In this document: in pieces, positions 9,763 through 19,104 of the stretch | Layout of the letters: the number at the start of each line of letters is the position of its first letter | How positions within the stretch are numbered: position 1 is the first letter of the stretch | From: Methanobacteriota archaeon | GTDB lineage: Archaea; Halobacteriota; Bog-38; Methanoflorentales; Methanoflorentaceae | Direction of reading: 5' to 3' | NCBI GenBank assembly: GCA_963719035.1 | Contig: CAVRAO010000002.1 | Location: 141,507-205,506, forward strand | Length of the DNA: 64,000 bases | Program-made: the position numbers and the translations under genes | Notes under the pieces: model-generated | Seen by the model: only the letters and a program-made list of their open reading frames with translations | Told to the model about the DNA's origin: nothing | Databases searched by the model: none

Positions 9763-9971
9763 ACATCAACGCCCGTGAAAAGTGGGCGCCCCTCTCGAAG
9801 GGTAAAGTCGACATGAAAAACTAAGGTGTAACGCTTTAAAAAATGTCTGGACCGTAGTCGCTTTTTGAAATAACGCCCAGTGTGACGTTATTATCGTCGA
9901 CAGAAAAAACCGATCACGATATTATGAGGCGTGATTCATGTACAAAGTACTGAAAACGTAGGAGGGAACAA

Positions 9972-10133
9972 ATGATTGAGAAGGGACTGATCTTAACCGG
10001 CAGCGATGCGGACGTATTGAGCAGTGCGCTTTCAGAAGTGAAAACGATAGTCTATAAAAAGGCAGGAACTCAATTAGATGATAGCCAAGCGCTCGATGCG
10101 CTCGTTTCGTATTTCCTTAATGCCGAAAGATAG
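9972..10133 (+). CDS. small hypothetical protein (53 aa)
   Basis: Strong Shine-Dalgarno GGAGGG 6 nt upstream of the ATG; MIEKGLILTGSDADVLSSALSEVKTIVYKKAGTQLDDSQALDALVSYFLNAER. Below the ORF-track size cut-off. Confidence 0.45.
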   Translation: MIEKGLILTGSDADVLSSALSEVKTIVYKKAGTQLDDSQALDALVSYFLNAER

Positions 10134-10314
10134 ACAAAAAGAGAAGTTTCACTTGTATTTTAGCCCCTTACGTAAGCGCCTGGTGCTCGGCACGATTATT
10201 GAGGGGACAGTCGTAAAGCCTGATCGTGGCCAGGAACTGCTCGATCTAAGTTAGATAGCTGGGTCATCTATGGAGTGGCATTACCTAAAAGCACGAAGTA
10301 AATGGTGACAAAAA

Positions 10315-10491
10315 ATGAACTGTGAAGAAAAACTAAAAATCCTGATGGATGCTTGTGAGAAGGCATTAATGTACGGGTGGGAAGATAACTTCAATTGGAG
10401 CAAGGATAAACCAGAAGAATTTTGGGATGAAGAAGAAGCGTGGATTGCAATAAAAGAAGCGTTTGTTAAAGTAAAAGGTGACAAAAAATGA
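10315..10491 (+). CDS. small hypothetical protein (58 aa), paralog of the next gene
   Basis: Preceded by GGTGACAAAAAATG, the same context as the next gene. MNCEEKLKILMDACEKALMYGWEDNF...VKVKGDKK. Its TGA stop overlaps the next gene's ATG (ATGA), implying translational coupling. Confidence 0.5.
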   Translation: MNCEEKLKILMDACEKALMYGWEDNFNWSKDKPEEFWDEEEAWIAIKEAFVKVKGDKK

Positions 10492-10757
10492 GTGACACAG
10501 ATAAAGAAGTCCTTAAAAAAGTATTAGAACTTTGTGAGAAAGGAATCGATCAGGCGAGAAAAGATGCAACAAATTCTGTTGGTACTGCCGAATCTTATGC
10601 GAATGGTCAAGCCGTTGCATATATGACAGTCGTTGAACTAATCATGCGTATGAAGCAAGAAGTCACTCTAGATTATAAAGAGGCGTGGGATTCTCTAGTA
10701 AACACGAAGAGCATCAAATCGATAAAAGAAGAATGGAGTGAAGGCGACAAAAAATAA
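10488..10757 (+). CDS. small hypothetical protein (89 aa), paralog of the preceding gene
   Basis: The identical upstream context GGTGACAAAAAATG, a shared CEK-helix motif and a shared ..GDKK C-terminus with the preceding ORF. AT-rich codon usage. Confidence 0.55.
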   Translation: MSDTDKEVLKKVLELCEKGIDQARKDATNSVGTAESYANGQAVAYMTVVELIMRMKQEVTLDYKEAWDSLVNTKSIKSIKEEWSEGDKK

Positions 10758-11114
10758 TAAGTGCAGCAATAACGAAAACAACGATAGCAATTACCACAAC
10801 GAAGGCGGCGGCATTCGTTTTTATAGTCAATCCTATCCTGCGTACCAGCCTCCCTGCCGATTTATGGTATTTGGACTTAAGCAGAGAGCTGGCCCCGCAT
10901 TGTTGTACAGCTAGCGCCTAGAGCAATAACGCCGTGTAGCCGCTTATTCTTCATAAATCCGTTATTCGTTTGCTGCTTGGCCACACGTGCTGACCGGGGC
11001 CTAATACAGGCTCTGACTAACTCTTTAATAAACCAGCTGCCTCCACTAGTTAAAAAACGAGTTCGGCGTCCCTGCCAAAACGAATTAATAGCAGGTCAAT
11101 TCTGGATACTGACT

Positions 11115-11507
11115 ATGGATAGTGAGGGGTCAAGAAGGAAATTCGAAAATATCGGCGATTACATCGCTACGTTTCCTAAGAATGTTCAGCACACGCTCAG
11201 GGAGCTGAGGAGTGCAATCAAAGAATCGGCGCCTGAAGCTGAAGAAACCATTAGTTATGGAATGCCCACCTTCAAGCTCAATGGTAACTTAGTACATTTT
11301 GCCGCCTATGAGAAGCATATCGGGTTCTATCCAACCCCTTCCGCCATTCTTGCTTTCAAGGAGAAATTATCCATTTATAAGCAATCAAAAGGAGCGGTTC
11401 AATTTCCAATCGATGGGCCGATTCCGTTAGATATTGTAAGGGAGATGGTCAGGTTCAGAGTAAAAGAAAATCTGACAAAAGGTGCAAGAAGGAGAAAAAA
11501 GGACTGA
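11115..11507 (+). CDS. DUF1801 (YdhG-like) domain protein
   Basis: ISYGMPTFKLNGNLVHFAAYEKHIGFYP is the DUF1801 core. The ORF opens at 10977, but the domain-sized protein (130 aa) starts at the Met at 11115. Confidence 0.6.
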   Translation: MDSEGSRRKFENIGDYIATFPKNVQHTLRELRSAIKESAPEAEETISYGMPTFKLNGNLVHFAAYEKHIGFYPTPSAILAFKEKLSIYKQSKGAVQFPIDGPIPLDIVREMVRFRVKENLTKGARRRKKD

Positions 11508-11588
11508 GACTGAGCTGACTTGTTCAAAAACGCTACTTTTATCCTCCGCTGCACTTTAACTAGAACTAACTAAACAAGAGGTGGAATA

Positions 11589-11726
11589 ATGACAGAAGAC
11601 GATAAGAACGAAATCATAAAGTGCACTGTCTCGTGCCCCGAGTGTGGTGCTGAGATGGTCTGCACGCACGAAGACCCAAAACACGAAGAGAAGCACAGGT
11701 GTGAAAAAGGCCACGTGTGGACCTGA
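11589..11726 (+). CDS. small zinc-ribbon protein (45 aa)
   Basis: GAGGTGG Shine-Dalgarno sequence upstream. MTEDDKNEIIKCTVSCPECGAEMVCTHEDPKHEEKHRCEKGHVWT has CxxC plus C/H ligands. Its stop abuts the first base of the right direct repeat. Confidence 0.45.
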   Translation: MTEDDKNEIIKCTVSCPECGAEMVCTHEDPKHEEKHRCEKGHVWT

Positions 11727-11834
11727 AGAAAGCTTTAATATCAATACACAGCTAGTAAGCTGTGCTGCGTCAAGCGGCCATTACGCTTGTGCATGCCCGG
11801 GTAGTGTAGCGGCCTATCATGGAGCCCTGTCGAG
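11727..11834 (+). repeat. Direct repeat, right copy (attR-like): tRNA-Asp promoter plus 5' half of the intact tRNA
   Basis: Matches 6082-6190 at ~95%. Confidence 0.8.
11734..11741 (+). promoter_or_regulatory. TATA-like box (TTTAATAT) upstream of tRNA-Asp, included in both direct-repeat copies
   Basis: An A/T octamer ~55 nt upstream of the tRNA 5' end. It is conserved in the left repeat copy (6089-6096). Confidence 0.3.
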
Positions 11835-11867
11835 GCTCCGACTCGGGTTCAAATCCCGACTCGGGCG
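11795..11867 (+). tRNA. tRNA-Asp (anticodon GTC)
   Basis: Manual fold. Acceptor stem GCCCGGG/CTCGGGC (one G-U pair). Anticodon stem GAGCC/GGCTC with loop CTGTCGA (GTC at positions 34-36). T-arm TCGGG-TTCAAAT-CCCGA. Discriminator G. No encoded CCA. Confidence 0.85.
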
Positions 11868-12248
11868 CTCCTTTTTTGTAATAGAGTAATCTGCAGTGTT
11901 ATTTGCTGCTAGGAATTCTAAACTGCGCTTTTCTATGTCGCTATCCTTCTTATTGCCCTTTATTTCTCGTGGTTCGCCTTTAGCGTCGCGTATATCCAAA
12001 GCTAACCTTAAAGCGCCTATCGTTTCGTCAGCACGCCTTATAATCTCGTCTTTACCCTCTAACACCGCACGCAGCCGTATTATTTCAGTATTATCCTGCT
12101 TATCAAGTGCGACAATACGACCTTCGACATAAGCAGTTAAAGCTTCAATCGTTAGGGCCGAACGGGTTACGTTATTGCTGTTCGCTCGTTCAATAACGGC
12201 TTTTAACAGCTCGGCAGGTAATGTAATAGACATACGGGATAGCGTCAT
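11817..12248 (-). CDS. ribbon-helix-helix (CopG-like) DNA-binding protein with coiled-coil tail
   Basis: N-terminal MSITLPAELLKAVIERANSNNVTRSALTIEAL is a ribbon-helix-helix signature. The C-terminal end of the ORF overlaps the 3' half of tRNA-Asp on the opposite strand, so the true C-terminus is uncertain. Confidence 0.45.
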   Translation of the reverse strand: MTLSRMSITLPAELLKAVIERANSNNVTRSALTIEALTAYVEGRIVALDKQDNTEIIRLRAVLEGKDEIIRRADETIGALRLALDIRDAKGEPREIKGNKKDSDIEKRSLEFLAANNTADYSITKKERPSRDLNPSRSLDRAP

Positions 12249-13964
12249 ACGTTCCGTATGATAATACCTTATTTAGTATTAAGCTGCCGATATCATCGCA
12301 CTCGTTCGTGTTTCTAGAAAATGTCACAAGAACTGATGGCATCAAAAAACCGGTTAAAAGTAGGTACCTGTATAGTTTTTTATAATCATAGCCGAACGGG
12401 CCGCGTGTGCGTGTTTAAACCTCGATATAACCGCCTGTTTGAAGCGATGGAATGGGCAACAGGTAACGCCGCGACTTAATCTTAATAATAGAAAAAAATC
12501 GATAAAATCCTTCTTAACTCGCGTATTGGTCCCGTCGCCTAAATATAAACCGATAGAATTCGGCGCGTGCCCTATCTGCTTAATCCTTACATTGCGGGCA
12601 TACGTTACTCGTCGTTGATACAAACTCCCAGCAATATATGCACCTATAGATGCGCTTCCAGGGTACGCCGGACGTCGTGTCCATGCGTCCCCATTTCGGA
12701 CGCGTTTTATATGCCACCGCTGCTATATTATCGCCCGCTCTCGTCGAGTTCGTTCAATAATCGCGCGTGTAGCCGCATACTTAGATATCAGTTATGTCGT
12801 TTGCATTATTCTGCGCGAGCGGCGGTAATACTGACAATAAGGGACTAAATCATTATCGCCACGCAGTTTACAATCAGCGTATTTCTCGCACTGTCGGCAG
12901 TCCATCATTTTATTCACGCCTTTTCTAGCAGCTTACCTATGTAACCGGACACCCTTATGATAGCGCAGAATCGCTAGAATAATATCATCTGGATTATCGG
13001 CGTTGATCGTGAGAGAACCGACCTTTATCGGAATTTTTTCCTTCGTCGTTTTATCGTTCATATCTATACACCATCTTAGCGCAATGCCCCCACCCTACCC
13101 TATAATTGTATTCTGACGATTTCTCCAAAAGCGTCAGCTGTACATTTGACACATGTGGCGGCGTCCGCCTCTCCATAGGCGCATTCAGAATGGAGATCGC
13201 GTAGGCAGATGTTGCTCTTCACAGTTTCAGTTAATAGTTCTTTCATTTTGTTTGACTCCCCTTTTGGTATTTTGATAGCAAGGACCTCCCTACTACCAAT
13301 AGCACCGACGACACGTCACTATGTAACCCCGCGTGACAACAACTGAGTGTCACGGTATCGACATATGCTCGCAGCTTACGCAGTAGGTCATAGTCAATAA
13401 TAGGAAAAGAAGAGTCAATTACCTACCCGGCGGGCGTATCGTGAAAGTACTAACCTGGCGGGTATCTTTCTGTACGAGAGCAATAGTAATGCAGCGTGAT
13501 GATTACGTTACGTGTTTGCGTTCCTTTACCGCTTTCGGTAGGTCAAGATATAGCTCAAACGCTTGGTATCGCGCATCAAACCGCGTCTTTGATAAGTAGC
13601 GGAAAAACGCCTTTGCGAAGTTTATTACCTTTCGCTTCGCGTAAATGTCGCTATATTTATCCAGAACGTAATTACGAAGCTCGTTTGCGGTTATCCTGCT
13701 AATTTCGCCCTTTGTATAGCGCCATAGAATATCTGCGGCCTTATTTAGCCAATTAATCGTTTTTCGCTAAGTCCTGCGATACGAAGGTTATATAATCTTT
13801 TAACTCGCTTCTCGAAAATGTCAGGTTAAGCTTATCTAGTCTGTCGCTATCGCATACGCTAGAATTAGATTGCTTTATTGAATTTTAACCATTAATAGCG
13901 TTTAATCGCCTAAATAAGCCCTGTCGAGGCTTCTGATTTTGTTCAGAGCAGACTCTTAGGAAGC

Positions 13965-14801
13965 CTAAACCTGTGGAGGGCCTCGCTCAAGCAGCTCTTG
14001 TATCCGTTGTTCTGCAGGGATTGACTGCTGCCACAACAGTTCGAAGGTGGAGGCGAGGTATTGAGCATACGTTGGGTCATCACTCCAGAGCACGCTTACC
14101 AGTTCTCTAAGCGAGGCGCGTTTTAAGTCGGCGGCATTAATCACGCTCATACCAATTTTTCCATCAAAAACGCAGAACAATAGCCCTGAGTACGTGTTAA
14201 AATGACGTACTTCCATTCCAGCGTCTAAGTGCTCTCGGATTAGCTCAATAAACGGATAAGTGACGTCAGTTATAAATCGTATCCTCCCCCCCCGGTCTAT
14301 AAACTTCTTATCGTCCTCAACAAAAAACAAGGATGAAAACACCGTCAGTATAGGGGGGACAACTGCGAACCAGTCCTTTTCAGCTGAGGCCAGGGCAGAT
14401 AGCGTTACAGTCACCACTTCTTTCATGCTCTTGAGAATTTTGTACGAGGCAATCTCACCGGCGGGCCGAAACCGCTGTTGCTCTGAGAGCTCTTGTAGCT
14501 CCTGCTTTCGCACCTCCATCTCGCGTATTTCGCTTTCGTGCCTTTTGAGCGCAGCGTCAAGAGCGGTTTCGAGGTCTACTGCTGTGTAAACCGTTGGTGT
14601 ATCGAGTGAGGGCCGCACCATACCTTTCTCGATGAGGCCGGTAAGCGTCCGGTGCACGTCCTCCCGATATGTTTTAAGAGACTTGGCGAGAGGGGAAGGG
14701 GTTTTTGGGCCGTACCTAAGCAGATGTAAGTAAAGCTGAGCCTCTTTTTCACTGAGCCCAAATTGAGTTAAACGACGGATGAACTCATCGTCCTCAGTCA
14801 T
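13965..14801 (-). CDS. TrmB-family transcriptional regulator (HTH plus C-terminal effector domain)
   Basis: N-terminal TrmB-type HTH (LSEKEAQLYLHLLRYGPKTPSPLAKSLKTYREDVHRTLTGLIEKGMV) and a conserved C-terminal motif WSDDPTYAQYLASTFELLWQQS. Confidence 0.7.
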   Translation of the reverse strand: MTEDDEFIRRLTQFGLSEKEAQLYLHLLRYGPKTPSPLAKSLKTYREDVHRTLTGLIEKGMVRPSLDTPTVYTAVDLETALDAALKRHESEIREMEVRKQELQELSEQQRFRPAGEIASYKILKSMKEVVTVTLSALASAEKDWFAVVPPILTVFSSLFFVEDDKKFIDRGGRIRFITDVTYPFIELIREHLDAGMEVRHFNTYSGLLFCVFDGKIGMSVINAADLKRASLRELVSVLWSDDPTYAQYLASTFELLWQQSIPAEQRIQELLERGPPQV

Positions 14802-15025
14802 GCGCTGCCCGGAAGGTACGTGAACTAAGCAGTAAATAAAGATTGGGTTCTGAGGTTCTGGTTAATAATAGGTGAAGTTAGGCGTTGAAAATGTGGTTTG
14901 TGAAATGGTTGGCGCGTGCCCTTCACGTTAGCTATTCATAAAAGTTGCAAAAGGGGAACCCTTAAGCCGCTAAGGTATATACACCTTTACTACATAGGTG
15001 CTCGCAGAGCACGCACTCATCTGTT

Positions 15026-15511
15026 ATGCCCCACGGATTCATAATTAACGGCGTAAAAGACGCACTTGCAGCCGCCTTAGGGATACTTGAGTCACAACAA
15101 AAAGAGGTCGCGTGGCTTGTGCCACCTTCGGTTCATTCCCTCGCAACGACCCTTGGCTTCCTTGAAGCAATGAGGGCATTTGTCAAGCGCGGCGGAGTGT
15201 CACGAGGAATAGTTGCCGTGTCGCGCGAGAACGTTGACGAGATACGAATGAGCGTAGAGAGTGGCGAGGACATTCGCCATAGTGACGCGGTGCACGAAGT
15301 CTTCATGTATGTAGGAGACAAGCAGAAGAGCGTTAGCGCGCTAAACATTGGAGTTGTGGAATTCAGGCTCGATACTCCGGTCGCTGCCTTTTGGAGTGAA
15401 GACCCCACATATATAGAGTACCTGCTCGCTGCCTTCGAGACTGTATGGGCACAGGCAATACCTGCTCAGGAGCGGATAGAGCAGTTAGAAAAAGAAAAAA
15501 AGCAGCGCTAA
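15026..15511 (+). CDS. TrmB C-terminal (effector) domain protein lacking the HTH
   Basis: 161 aa. Shares the C-terminal motif FWSEDPTYIEYLLAAFETVWAQAIPAQERIEQL with the two flanking TrmB paralogs, but has no N-terminal HTH. Confidence 0.55.
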   Translation: MPHGFIINGVKDALAAALGILESQQKEVAWLVPPSVHSLATTLGFLEAMRAFVKRGGVSRGIVAVSRENVDEIRMSVESGEDIRHSDAVHEVFMYVGDKQKSVSALNIGVVEFRLDTPVAAFWSEDPTYIEYLLAAFETVWAQAIPAQERIEQLEKEKKQR

Positions 15512-16185
15512 ACGTCATGTGCCTTTAAAGGCTCAGCTTTGTTTTTAGTCGCCGGCTGTTCTCTTGGCTCATTTAACCACACACAGAAGGCAACGTTGTC
15601 AAGCGCCTAGAACGAGTCGCTGCTTGAACTTGAGCTGCTCGAACTCGACGACAAGTTACTGCTGCTACTGCGATATGCAGAAATTACACTTCGCATAGTT
15701 TTATGACTTAAACAGTCAATTATAGGGCATCAAAAACATAACCGAAGTTGGAATAGCTACGTAAAAGCAAAAAAGCCATTATTTACGAAATAAGGGGACA
15801 TGAAGGGGATCCTGTTTTCATTATTCGATTCGACCCCGGAATACATCGTACGTCAGATGTAATCGCCGTTGGACAGATCAACCCGAGCAGCAGTTTCTAC
15901 TTTTAGAATCGGAGCCTCGCAAAGGCTCTCGCTTCTGGTCTCTGTGAGAACGCGCAAGAAAGTTTTGTGTCACGTTTTGGAAGACTACCTAGCTAGCAGC
16001 AGCGAAGCTCGCGCATAGCGCGACTGCTCGCGCAAGCAAGCAAACGATGAGCTCAAAGTCTGAACTTCAGTGTCTTTTTTGCCGTGCTGCGCGGCATCTG
16101 AGCGCCATGAGTGTGCCGAACGGGTTCTTCAAAAGATTTCAGCAAAAACTTTTTCACTTCATCGTGAGCGTACTCCTAGTACGGT

Positions 16186-17049
16186 ATGACGAGCGATGAT
16201 GAGTTTACCCTACGACTCACCGAGTTCGCATTGAGCCAGAAGGAAGCCCGGGTCTATTTTCAGTTGCTCAAATATGGGCCGCAGCCTGCAGCTGTCGTTG
16301 CAAAGCGTCTGGAGACGTATCGTGAGGACGTGCATCGAACATTGAGGCAGCTTGTTAAGAAGGGCATCGCGTGCCAATCACTGAGCAAACCAGCAGTACA
16401 CGCGGCGATGCCCCTTGAAGACGCGCTTGATGCGGCCCTGAGACAAAAAACCAGAGAACTGCGGTACAAAGAGGATGTGAAGCAAGAGCTCATCAGGCTT
16501 GCGCCGCGCGTGAGTCCCTTGCCGCTGGAAGAGTATTGCAGTTATCGGGTGGTGACTGGCTGCAATGAGTGCATCGCGGCTAGCTTGGTGCAGGCCGAAG
16601 CGGCGGTGCACGATATTTTAACGATCGGTCACCCTGCTGCGCTGGCATACTCATACAAACAAGGATTTTTCAAGACGTTTCTAGACGCAGTGGAGCACGG
16701 GGTGGAGATGCGCTTCATCCTCGACGTATCCAGTCAAGCACTTGACGCGGTTCGCGCTGCTATCGAAGGAGGGATCGACGTGCGGCATTATGAGCAGTAC
16801 CGAGGGATAATGTTCACGCTCGTTGACTCTAAGGAGAGTTTCACGGTTGTGGCGTTTGATCCGCGTTACAGTCCTAAGGACACTAAGCATACCGCATTTT
16901 TGTGCGACAACCCTAAGTACGCGCACAGACTTGCAACCCAGTTTGAGCTGGTCTGGAGACAATCGATCGACGGAACGCAGCGGGCACAAGATTTGAGGAG
17001 CGAAACTCCAGACCCCGCCTCTGACCGGTCCAGCGCGTCCACGTTGTAA
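16186..17049 (+). CDS. TrmB-family transcriptional regulator
   Basis: N-terminal HTH (LSQKEARVYFQLLKYGPQPAAVVAKRLETYREDVHRTLRQLVKKGI) and the C-terminal motif CDNPKYAHRLATQFELVWRQS. Paralog of 13965-14801, divergently oriented. Confidence 0.7.
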   Translation: MTSDDEFTLRLTEFALSQKEARVYFQLLKYGPQPAAVVAKRLETYREDVHRTLRQLVKKGIACQSLSKPAVHAAMPLEDALDAALRQKTRELRYKEDVKQELIRLAPRVSPLPLEEYCSYRVVTGCNECIAASLVQAEAAVHDILTIGHPAALAYSYKQGFFKTFLDAVEHGVEMRFILDVSSQALDAVRAAIEGGIDVRHYEQYRGIMFTLVDSKESFTVVAFDPRYSPKDTKHTAFLCDNPKYAHRLATQFELVWRQSIDGTQRAQDLRSETPDPASDRSSASTL

Positions 17050-17518
17050 AAAGTGCTTGCACGCAGCAGCAAACGTCGGCTTTAAACCGTCCGCTTGAGA
17101 ACAATAGGGTTATGTGGTGTAAGAAGTGGCAATCGCCTCACAGATTAGGTTTTCAACAGGACGTTTCCCTAATACCGCAAATAGACATTATACACGTGCT
17201 CAGGCAGCGGATGCCAATAGTTGCCACATAGGTTCTTACGTCGGAGCCTGTGTTAGGCTCCGGCTATCGTACAGAAGAAATAAATGAAGCTCGGCTATGT
17301 GTAATTCGAGCGCTTTAAAGCACGGGCGCGGTTATATTCAGTCCCATGTTTGACAGGGCCGTCTGCAGGCTGAATCATACTATAAAATTAACTTAAAAAG
17401 AAGAGAAACAAGCGGCCTCATATGCTATTGTTCACCTTACCTTAGCATGCTTTGTTCGATTGCAGTGCTGCCGCGTAGGGTCGAACGCGAAAAAGAAGAG
17501 GAACGGTTAAGCTAACAC

Positions 17519-17839
17519 GTGTGCTGCTTGCATAAGCGTATGCAATTTCGACTGGTAGTTATCGGACTCATCGTGTTGGTTATAATCGGGTTCGTAGTTT
17601 TTGTTGCAGGTTCAGTTGTCATAGGCGTAGATATGGCTATATATCCGGCGTGGATGTGGATCATTTCCCTCGTTGTCATCATTTTCCTTACCGCCATTAT
17701 CGCCGTGCTACTGGTAGGATGGCAGGATTCCCATTACGACGAGGACGCGCCTGACGAAGAACGCTACTATCGGGACCGCCGCCGCTGCGTTGCATGTAAC
17801 AGCTCTATATTAGGCAATATGCTATCCTACTTGTGCTAG
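17519..17839 (+). CDS. small membrane protein (hypothetical)
   Basis: Two or three predicted TM helices (LVVIGLIVLVIIGFVVFVAG; IISLVVIIFLTAIIAVLLVGW). The start is uncertain (alternative Met at 17540). Confidence 0.3.
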   Translation: MCCLHKRMQFRLVVIGLIVLVIIGFVVFVAGSVVIGVDMAIYPAWMWIISLVVIIFLTAIIAVLLVGWQDSHYDEDAPDEERYYRDRRRCVACNSSILGNMLSYLC

Positions 17840-18228
17840 TTTTTGGACAATCAGGGGATGTGCCTGAGCTTAATTGGCAATTTGGAGACTATTGTCAGGT
17901 ATATCCTTAGCTTTCGGGAAGCAAAACATAGGGTCGTAATGCGCTGCAGTAATATGAGGGTTGATCAAATGCCAATTGACATCAGTTGAGCCCATCACGC
18001 GGAAACCCACACTTTTACCGCAGCCCCTTACGCCTGCTTTGTATCTCTCAATTCTTAAAATGTAAATTTAAGGAGCAAAGAGCTGACGCTATTTGATAAA
18101 ATAACGCTTTAAAGGCAATGTTCTCTTATTAACTACAGGTGTGTGCTGGACGGTAGCTGGACAGTATAAACTACATACCATCCACACGTGCTTTTTGATA
18201 GAAAAAAGAAAAGGGGGCAAAGCCCCTA

Positions 18229-18744
18229 CTATGCCTTCACTACGACGGTGTGCGCTGCGCGGTCTCCAGTCCGCTGTCTCTTATCTGACGTCCAAATAAG
18301 AATTGCACCGAGCAAGAACGGAATAATGAACGGTATTGCGTCGATGATCAGCAGTAAGGAACGCACGAGTGCATCGACATAGCCAATCTTTGAACCATCC
18401 TCTTTGACCACTTTAATCTTAAGGGCCATCATGCCTACCGTCTGTCCATACGCTCCCAAGAGGAGCGTGAAATAGATGAGCACGATGAGTGATGATATGA
18501 CGCTGCCAAGTCCTGCGAGCGAATTCGCTGTGGTGGATACGTAAAAGCTTCCATTAGTAAAATTCGCGCTATTAAAGACGGGCGTTTGCAACGGATTGGC
18601 GAAAACTGACGCAATAATGCCCGCAATAATGACATCGATAAGAAGAGCTACGAATCTGACACCGACGCTACGGTACTGCAGCGGTGCTGGAGTCATTTCT
18701 GGAGCTGCGGCCATTTCAGGCGTTGGGGTCATTTCATTTGCCAT
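18229..18744 (-). CDS. RDD-family membrane protein
   Basis: Three TM segments and the R-D-D signature (DKRQRTGDRAAHTVVV). Pro/Met/Thr-rich N-terminal tail. Confidence 0.65.
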   Translation of the reverse strand: MANEMTPTPEMAAAPEMTPAPLQYRSVGVRFVALLIDVIIAGIIASVFANPLQTPVFNSANFTNGSFYVSTTANSLAGLGSVISSLIVLIYFTLLLGAYGQTVGMMALKIKVVKEDGSKIGYVDALVRSLLLIIDAIPFIIPFLLGAILIWTSDKRQRTGDRAAHTVVVKA

Positions 18745-19104
18745 TCGTTCACCTCCTTGTGGCTTTGTTGCCTAATTGTGTGTTTGGTAGGTAAAAACCT
18801 ATGGATGGGATACGGTACCTGAACGAGTGTCCGTTCTTTTCAAATTTTGATAACGAAGAGAAGGGCACCGCGGAGCTAGGCTTTGCGACTATCTGTGCCC
18901 CCTTGCCTTTCGATAATCGTACCTAGCACCAGGCGCTTACGTAGGGGGCTAAAATACGAGTGACGTAGTCCTTTTTCCTACCCAACATTCACAGCGCTTC
19001 TGAAGCACGAAACGAGCTCATCGAGTGCCTGCGCATCCCCAGGCTAGCTTTATGCTCGAGAAGTACTGTAAGAAACAGGTTACGGAAGCTGAGGAACATA
19101 TGAA

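Larger units (their letters stand above)
6082..11834 (+). mobile_element. Integrated element (~5.6 kb between repeats) at tRNA-Asp(GTC), bounded by ~108-bp direct repeats, with intact integrase adjacent to attL
   Basis: Direct repeats at 6082-6190 and 11727-11834; integrase-like gene immediately inside the left repeat; cargo of small, hypothetical and accessory genes; lower GC through 9.5-11.6 kb. Confidence 0.7.

Noticed and set aside
12354-13702. Track ORFs 12354-12623 (-), 12567-12848 (+), 13496-13702 (+)
   Set aside because: They mutually overlap on opposite strands and have odd composition (Arg/Cys/Tyr-rich) with no motifs. The region is better explained as decayed non-coding remnant of an old insertion.
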